Source of the DNA: a bacterium
GTDB lineage: Bacteria > Arandabacterota > Arandabacteria > Arandabacterales > JALGWA01
Direction of reading: 5' to 3'
NCBI GenBank assembly: GCA_050125095.1
Contig: JASFEA010000089.1
Location: forward strand, 1 to 13,124
Length of the DNA stretch: 13,124 bases
How positions within the stretch are numbered: the first letter of the stretch is position 1; each line of letters begins with the position of its first letter. Under the pieces are notes generated by a model. The model saw only the letters and a program-made list of their open reading frames with translations. It made no database searches and had not been told where the DNA came from. Below, in pieces: positions 7,766-13,124 of this stretch. Position numbers and translations under genes: made by a program.

Positions 7766-8802
7766 TGAGACAGTCTATTTCAAGATCTGCCGTAACCGCG
7801 ACACTGGCGCCGGCCCCGGCTGTGTCTATAGCGGTGCTGCTGCTTCTTGGCATCGTATTTGCCCCGGCGTCGACTTCGCCGGCGGCAACTGCGGCCAGCA
7901 TTCACAATATAGCCACCTTCTCGATAGTGGGTTTCGATCCCGAGACCGGGGAACTGGGGGTTGCAGTCGCTTCCAAGTTCCTGGCGGTCGGCTCTGTCGT
8001 CCCCTGGGTGGAGGCGGGTGCGGGCGCCATTGCGACCCAGGCCTATGCCAATACCACCTTCGGGCCCGAGGGCCTCGCACTCCTCAGGGCGGGGCTCAGT
8101 GCTCAGGCCACGCTGGACTCGCTTGTGGCGATGGATGAGGGGAGAGAAGAGAGGCAGGTGGGCATAGTGGATGCAAGGGGCGGGTCGGCCACTTACACGG
8201 GTACGGGTTGCATCGCATGGGCGGGCGGCAGGAAGGGCGAGAACTACGCCTGCCAGGGCAACATACTCGTGGATGAGAACACGGTCGCGGCCATGGCCGG
8301 GACATTTGAAGAGACCACAGGCCCCCTCGCGACGAGGCTCCTCAGAGCGCTCAAGGCCGGCGAGGATGCCGGCGGGGACTCGAGGGGCAAGCAGTCCGCC
8401 GCCATATACGTGGCCAAGGAGGGGGGCGGCTACCAGGGCATGAACGACCGGTACATCGACCTCAGGGTGGACGATCACGACGACCCCATTACCGAGCTTC
8501 AGAGACTTCTCTCCATACACCTCGCCTACCAGGCGCTGTACAAGGCAATGGCGATGAGGGAGGCCGGGGACATTCCGGGAGCCATATGCGAGCTCGAATG
8601 CGCCAAGGAGGTCTGCCCGGGAGTGGCCTATCTCCACTATGACCTCGCCTGCTACTACTCGCTCTCGGGCCAGAAGACCAAAGCTCTACTTGAGCTGGAG
8701 AGGGCGGTCAGTCTCGAGCCCGAGTACAAGAAGATGGCCGTCGAGGACACGGATCTCCAGGAGATCAGGGGCGAGGCCAAGTTCAGAGTCCTCACCCAAT
8801 AA
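7765..8802 (+). CDS. DUF1028 (Ntn-hydrolase-like) domain protein with signal peptide and C-terminal TPR region
   Basis: ATG 7765 overlaps the upstream TGA (TGATG), with SD GAGGAGG at 7751-7757. Motifs TFSIVG.DPETGELGVAVASKFLAVG, GAIATQA, RQVGIVD, QGNIL, GGDSRGKQSAA, DLRVDDH..PI.EL.RL. TPR-like tail YDLACYYSLSG...A...LERAV.L.P. Confidence 0.92.
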   Translation: MRQSISRSAVTATLAPAPAVSIAVLLLLGIVFAPASTSPAATAASIHNIATFSIVGFDPETGELGVAVASKFLAVGSVVPWVEAGAGAIATQAYANTTFGPEGLALLRAGLSAQATLDSLVAMDEGREERQVGIVDARGGSATYTGTGCIAWAGGRKGENYACQGNILVDENTVAAMAGTFEETTGPLATRLLRALKAGEDAGGDSRGKQSAAIYVAKEGGGYQGMNDRYIDLRVDDHDDPITELQRLLSIHLAYQALYKAMAMREAGDIPGAICELECAKEVCPGVAYLHYDLACYYSLSGQKTKALLELERAVSLEPEYKKMAVEDTDLQEIRGEAKFRVLTQ

Positions 8803-8910
8803 ACCCGGGGTCAGGTCTTAGAATGCACAATCCGGCCCCGGCGTCGCCGGGTACCGCGGTCGCTGTCCGTCCCGCAGGCCTTTTATATGACTCCTGAACC
8901 CTCATGCCGC

Positions 8911-8939
8911 TTGACTTCGGCCCCCATTAGTGGTATTAT
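8911..8939 (+). promoter_or_regulatory. Sigma70-type promoter for the Omp28-related gene
   Basis: TTGACT (8911-8916), 17-nt spacer with extended TG, TATTAT (8934-8939). Confidence 0.75.
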
Positions 8940-8946
8940 GCTTGTG

Positions 8947-8976
8947 AGGAGCGGGACGTCGATGCGTCCCGTTTTT
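8947..8976 (+). terminator. Intrinsic-terminator-like hairpin in the 5' leader of the Omp28-related gene
   Basis: CGGGACG (8952-8958), loop TCGATG, CGTCCCG (8965-8971), then TTTTTGT. It lies between the promoter and the SD (GGAGG 8987-8991). Confidence 0.6.
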
Positions 8977-8996
8977 GTATCTATTTGGAGGATTAG

Positions 8997-11003
8997 ATGG
9001 TGAAGTGGTCTTTGATTGCGCTTGTTTTCATAATAGCCGTGCTCCCGGCCGGCGCCGCCATGTCCGCGCGCAGGGTAGTTCTCATGGAGCAGGCCACCAA
9101 CGGGGGCTGCGGTTGCGCGGGCATTCTGGACCCCGGCATGGACTCCCTGTTCGTCAGGTACGGCCATGAGGCCATCGTCTGCATAAGGTATAATGACGAC
9201 CACCCCTGGGCCTATGACGAGCTTTACGCCTATAATCCCACTCAGATAGACGCCCGCATTGCCTATTACCCCATGCCCACCATGCCCACCCTGGTAATAG
9301 ACGGCGAGCTGTCGGAGCGGGTGTGCGACGCCAACTCGCTTCCGGAGAAGTTCGAAGAGAGGTTCACGGCGCCGAGCCCGCTTATAATGACGGCGTCGGG
9401 CTCCATGGACTTGGACTCCTTCTACGTGGATATCCGTGTCATCGCCGAGGAAGACCCCGGGGCTGATACGCTCAAACTCAGAGTGGCCGTGGTGGAAGAC
9501 AGCGTCTACTACGACGCGCCCAATACCAAGCAGTACTGGACATACACATTCAGGACCATGCTTCCCGGCATCGACGGGCAGGCTTTCACAATCGCCCAGG
9601 GCGAGACCCTGGATTTCAGCCTGAGCGTCCCTCTCGACCCGGTCTGGGACGCATCGAGAGTGCTGGCCGTCGCCTTCGTCCAGAACGATGACGACAAGTC
9701 GGTGCTCCAGGCCGCAACGACCGTGCCGCGCCGCCAAACCTGGGCGGGTTATTACGGCGGCGTCTGCGGTGACATAGTCAGATCAGGTTACTCCGCTACG
9801 CTTACCGGCACATTCGTGAACCTGGGCTCTCTAAGAGACACCTTCGATATAGAGTTCACCGGGCAGCTGCCCCCCGACTGGAACGTGTACTACGATATTA
9901 CAGGCGGCGAAAGCGTCGCAGGCGACGTGGCCCTCGATCCGGACTCGGCGGCCGTAATAACCGTCAAGTACGACTGCGGATTCGACAGCGGGACCGCCGA
10001 AGCCACGATGACGTTCACTTCTCTGCGAGACGGGGCGGTTGAGAGATCGCTTGACTTCTTCACCATATCCGGCGTATGCGGCCTCCTTGTTGACGACGAC
10101 GGGGGCAACGCACTCGAGATCTTCTATGAGGACGCCCTGGACTCCGCCGGGGCCGTGTACGGCGTATGGGACCGGTCCATAGCCAGGCCGGACTCGGCAG
10201 ACCTCGAACTGGCGGATTTCGTCGTGTGGTTCACGGGCCAGGCCGCGCCCACATTGGACGATACCGACTGCGCCGCCATCGGGCCCTACCTGGACTCAGG
10301 CGGCAACTTCTGCCTGACCGGCCAGGACATAGCCTACAGCATGTGCGATCCCACGAGTTCGCATTACACCACTGAGACCAAGGCCTTCTTCGAGACATAT
10401 ATGCACGCGACTTACGTAATGCCCAATGCCAATCTCTTCGATCTCGATGGACGGGCGGGCGACGTAATAAGTGACGGCATTTCGGTTACCATCCGGGGAG
10501 GGGACGGTGCCGATAATCAGGACTTCCCTGACGTCATCGACGCCATAGCCCCGGCCGAGGTCATATTCGATTACAGCGACCCCGCCAAGCACGGCGGCAT
10601 CAGGTACGAAGGAGGGGGAACCAGGCTGGTCTATCTGTCGTTCGGCTTCGAAGCTATCGACAACCAGCATGACCGCGCAAACCTCATGTCGAATATCGTA
10701 GCCTGGCTCGCCCCGACGGCATCCGTGGACCCCGGCCTCACCGGCCCGGTCAGGATAGCGTGCTACCCCAGCCCTGCCGTCTCCTTCGCCAACATCAGCG
10801 TTGCGGGCGCCGGCGGCTGGCAGTCCCTCAAGATCTACGACGTGCAGGGGAGAGTGGTCCGGGACGCCGGCGCGAGCGAGGGGCGGGACTTCCGCTGGGA
10901 CCTCACAGACGAGAGCGGGACCCGGGTCTCGCCGGGTATCTACTTCGTGGCCGTCGCGGCCAGTGGCTCCTCGGCCACGCATAAGCTCATGATCGTGCGC
11001 TAG
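8997..11003 (+). CDS. Secreted Omp28-related (thioredoxin-like + Ig) multidomain protein with C-terminal T9SS type A / FlgD-Ig-like domain
   Basis: 668 aa. SD GGAGG and a signal peptide. Omp28-like 'RRVVLMEQAT...C', 'PTLVIDG', 'LRVAVVED', 'FR.MLP...G' and 'AFVQNDDDKSVLQA'. 'LLVDDDGG...VVWFTG...YLDSGG....TGQDI' module. CTD YPSP...IYDVQGRVV...WDLTDESGTRVSPGIYF...KLMIVR. Confidence 0.85.
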   Translation: MVKWSLIALVFIIAVLPAGAAMSARRVVLMEQATNGGCGCAGILDPGMDSLFVRYGHEAIVCIRYNDDHPWAYDELYAYNPTQIDARIAYYPMPTMPTLVIDGELSERVCDANSLPEKFEERFTAPSPLIMTASGSMDLDSFYVDIRVIAEEDPGADTLKLRVAVVEDSVYYDAPNTKQYWTYTFRTMLPGIDGQAFTIAQGETLDFSLSVPLDPVWDASRVLAVAFVQNDDDKSVLQAATTVPRRQTWAGYYGGVCGDIVRSGYSATLTGTFVNLGSLRDTFDIEFTGQLPPDWNVYYDITGGESVAGDVALDPDSAAVITVKYDCGFDSGTAEATMTFTSLRDGAVERSLDFFTISGVCGLLVDDDGGNALEIFYEDALDSAGAVYGVWDRSIARPDSADLELADFVVWFTGQAAPTLDDTDCAAIGPYLDSGGNFCLTGQDIAYSMCDPTSSHYTTETKAFFETYMHATYVMPNANLFDLDGRAGDVISDGISVTIRGGDGADNQDFPDVIDAIAPAEVIFDYSDPAKHGGIRYEGGGTRLVYLSFGFEAIDNQHDRANLMSNIVAWLAPTASVDPGLTGPVRIACYPSPAVSFANISVAGAGGWQSLKIYDVQGRVVRDAGASEGRDFRWDLTDESGTRVSPGIYFVAVAASGSSATHKLMIVR

Positions 11004-11062
11004 GCGGCCCGCCTTCAGGAGTATAGATTTTCCCGCTGATTTGGGTATCATTGCCCGCGCCA

Positions 11063-11079
11063 GTTTGCTATATTCAAAC
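11063..11079 (+). promoter_or_regulatory. Possible extended -10 promoter within a short inverted repeat, upstream of the radical SAM gene
   Basis: TG-C-TATATT (11066-11074) inside GTTTG-N7-CAAAC (11063-11079). No good -35 element. Confidence 0.4.
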
Positions 11080-11122
11080 GTGTCCGAACTCGCGAGTAAC
11101 GGGCATAACCGCAGGAGGCGCC

Positions 11123-12418
11123 TTGAAGTTACTTCTCATATCGCCCGGGAGACACAGGAAGAAGCCAGGCATCATAGGCAAGGCCTTCCACGTTCCCCCG
11201 CTGTCGCTGGGCGTCCTGGCCTCGCTGACTCCCCCGGACGTGGAGATAGACCTCATCGACGAGAACCTCCGCGACATCAATTATGACAGCGGCCCGGACC
11301 TGGTGGGTATTACCTGCCTGACGGCGGTGGCGCCCAGGGTCTACGACATAGCCCGGAACTTCAGGGAGCGCGGCTCCAGAGTGGTCCTCGGCGGGATGCA
11401 CCCGTCCGCGATGCCGCTCGAGGCGCAGCAGCATGCCGACAGCGTGGTCGTGGGCGAGGCGGAGGGCGTCTGGTCCAGGCTGATCAAAGACTTCAAAGCG
11501 GGCTCGCTGCAGAGGTTCTATAAGGGCAAGCCCCCCGAGCCCGGCGAGATCGCGACCCCGAGCAGGGAGATATTCGAGGGACAGGGCTATTACGTCAAGG
11601 GCACGGTACAGACTTCGCGCGGCTGTCCCTTCGGCTGCGACTTCTGCAGCGTCCAGCGCTTCTTCGGCAACAAGTTCAGGTTCAGGTCGGTGCCGGACAT
11701 TGTTGACGAAATAAGGGCCCTCGCCGTCAAGTTCATCGCTTTCGTCGACGACAACATAGCGGGCAGCACCGCCTATGCCAGAGAGCTATTCACGGCCATC
11801 ACGCCGCTCAATATAAGGTGGATATGCCAGGCCCCCATAAGCGTGGGGAGGGATCCGGAGCTCCTCAAACTCATGTACAGGAGCGGATGCCGCGGCATGT
11901 TCATCGGCTTCGAATCCATCGCCCCCGAGAGCCTGAAGGAAATCGGGAAGAGCGTGAACGTGGTCGGGAAGTTCAAGGAGTACATCGCGAGGATCCATGA
12001 CGCCGGCATAAGCGTCGAAGGTGCTTTCATATTCGGTTTCGACCATGACAACCGCGACGTCTTCAAGAGGACTTTGGACTTCATGGTCGACGCCAGGATC
12101 GACTTCGGGCAGTTCGCCATACTCACGCCCTTCCCCGGCACCAGGCTCCAGGCGCGCCTAAAGGAAGAGGACCGCATCACGACTTATGACTGGAACAAGT
12201 ACGACATAACCCATGCCGTATATAAGCCCGCCCGGATGACAGCCAGCGAGCTCGAAGAGGGCCGGATGTGGATCGAGCAGGAATTCTACTCCATGAAGAA
12301 CACCGTGAAGAGGATGTTCAAACTGGGCAAGCGGGCGCGCTATCTCATCCCCATGTTCATCCTCAACACGAGCTATCGCCACCACATCAAGGATTACGCC
12401 GAAGCCTACACCCCGTAG
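11123..12418 (+). CDS. B12-binding domain radical SAM protein (class B / YgiQ-BchE-like architecture)
   Basis: Likely start TTG 11123 after SD AGGAGG 11113-11118, in frame with track ORF 11051..12418. Cobalamin-binding region (PPLSL..LA, VVLGGMHP, VVGEAE). Radical SAM motif SRGCPFGCDFC, FVDDN, FIGFES, FIFGFDHD, LTPFPGT. Confidence 0.93.
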   Translation: MKLLLISPGRHRKKPGIIGKAFHVPPLSLGVLASLTPPDVEIDLIDENLRDINYDSGPDLVGITCLTAVAPRVYDIARNFRERGSRVVLGGMHPSAMPLEAQQHADSVVVGEAEGVWSRLIKDFKAGSLQRFYKGKPPEPGEIATPSREIFEGQGYYVKGTVQTSRGCPFGCDFCSVQRFFGNKFRFRSVPDIVDEIRALAVKFIAFVDDNIAGSTAYARELFTAITPLNIRWICQAPISVGRDPELLKLMYRSGCRGMFIGFESIAPESLKEIGKSVNVVGKFKEYIARIHDAGISVEGAFIFGFDHDNRDVFKRTLDFMVDARIDFGQFAILTPFPGTRLQARLKEEDRITTYDWNKYDITHAVYKPARMTASELEEGRMWIEQEFYSMKNTVKRMFKLGKRARYLIPMFILNTSYRHHIKDYAEAYTP

Positions 12419-12488
12419 GATCAGAGACTACGCTGAATATTGCTCCCCCTTAGGATCAGAGCCCGGGCCGAGGTCTATTCCCAGTAAG
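12386..12488 (+). repeat. Degenerate ~34-35 bp triple tandem repeat spanning the junction of two convergent genes
   Basis: Units 12386-12419, 12420-12454 and 12455-12488. Includes the near-perfect direct repeat CCCC(G/T)TAGGATCAGAG at 12411-12426 and 12446-12461. Confidence 0.6.
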
Positions 12489-13122
12489 CCCGGGGCTGCG
12501 GCATGTCGAGAAGTTCCCGCAACATGTAGTATTCGAGTTCGGAGATGGAGCGCTGCCTGGCGTTCGGAGTTATGCCGGTGTGGCCCATGATCTCCGTGGT
12601 GAGAAGGTAGAAGTCCGAGAAGACGTAGACCTTGCCCTCTCCCAATCTCACCTCGGCCAGCACGGTGCGGCCATCCGATGTGAAAAGCAGCGGCTTGCCC
12701 CCGATGATGCCGGTGGGCTCGGCCACAGGTACGATTTTGACTCCGCCGGCCGTGACTATGAAAGGACGCTCTTCCCTTTCGGGCTGTTGCTCTACCGGCT
12801 CTTCTTCGCCCGGCCCTTCTTCGTCCGGTTGTTCTTCCCCCGGTTGTTCTTCCCCCGGTTGTTCTTCCCCCGGTTGTTCTTCCCCCAGTTGTTCTTCGTC
12901 CCGCCGTTCCGCTTCCCTCTGTTCTTCCGCCTCGCCGCCGCGACCGGCCTCGTAGTCGAGCTTGAGGCCGAAGAGATCGAGCACCTGGGCTGTCGGTCCC
13001 CTGGGTTCCGCTCCATCCACTATCAGGAGCAGCCGCCCGCCGCTCTCCACGTATTCGAGCAGGGCGTCGGTCTCGGCCTGGTCCAGGGACTTGAGCGGCC
13101 TCGCTATCACCACCACGTCCCC
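12475..13122 (-). CDS. Partial (5'-truncated by window) DUF4350-like / class I glutamine-amidotransferase-like fold protein with an acidic repeat insert
   Basis: The frame is open to the window edge. 'VVIARP...E..ALLEYVESGGRLLLI.D', 'VLDLFGL' and 'G.GKVYVFSD..L' are typical of DUF4350/GldG-like domains. Stop TAG at 12477-12475. Confidence 0.7.
   Translation of the reverse strand, partial: GDVVVIARPLKSLDQAETDALLEYVESGGRLLLIVDGAEPRGPTAQVLDLFGLKLDYEAGRGGEAEEQREAERRDEEQLGEEQPGEEQPGEEQPGEEQPDEEGPGEEEPVEQQPEREERPFIVTAGGVKIVPVAEPTGIIGGKPLLFTSDGRTVLAEVRLGEGKVYVFSDFYLLTTEIMGHTGITPNARQRSISELEYYMLRELLDMPQPRAYWE
12825..12899 (-). repeat. 15-bp coding tandem repeat (EEQPG)n
   Basis: Four perfect CCGGTTGTTCTTCCC units (12825-12884) plus one variant (12885-12899). 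Degenerate flanking units encode EEGPG, EEEPV and EQQPE. Confidence 0.95.
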
Positions 13123-13124
13123 CT

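Noticed and set aside
9080-9125. Selenocysteine (UxxC) in the Omp28-like motif
   Set aside because: No in-frame TGA; both residues are TGC.
7780-11051. Long minus-strand ORFs 7780..8637, 8883..9737 and 10296..11051
   Set aside because: They overlap motif-supported plus-strand genes and are antisense shadows.
11051-11122. N-terminal extension of the radical SAM ORF from TTG 11051
   Set aside because: A strong SD precedes TTG 11123, where family-like sequence (MKLLLISP) begins; the extension covers the probable promoter.
12386-12899. CRISPR array interpretation of the 35-bp and 15-bp repeats
   Set aside because: No conserved repeat with unique spacers of CRISPR size, no cas genes, and the 15-mers are contiguous and coding.

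Overview
GC-rich bacterial window with nine supported CDSs, two of them cut by the window edges. In order: (1) the C-terminal end of a protein resembling the SbnI/SerK-type (ParB/Srx-fold) free-serine kinases; (2) a stand-alone type-2 tryptophan synthase beta (TrpB2); (3) a convergent, secreted YVTN/YncE beta-propeller protein with a T9SS-A/FlgD-Ig-like C-terminal domain; (4) a GAF-PAS-PAS sensor with no output domain; (5-6) a translationally coupled pair of exported hydrolases (Fes-like esterase; DUF1028 Ntn-hydrolase plus TPR); (7) a secreted Omp28-related protein with the same type of C-terminal domain; (8) a B12-binding radical SAM enzyme; (9) the 3' part of a DUF4350-like protein with an EEQPG tandem repeat. 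Canonical sigma70 promoters, strong SD sites and these C-terminal domains suggest a non-Bacteroidota FCB-related lineage (inference). Best leads: a serine-kinase/TrpB2 pair that could form an O-phosphoserine-fed indole-salvage module; a leader between them with repeats and three tandem mini-ORFs, one with a Trp codon; and promoter-proximal terminator-like hairpins before both secreted genes. Family assignments come from motif recognition; no searches were run.
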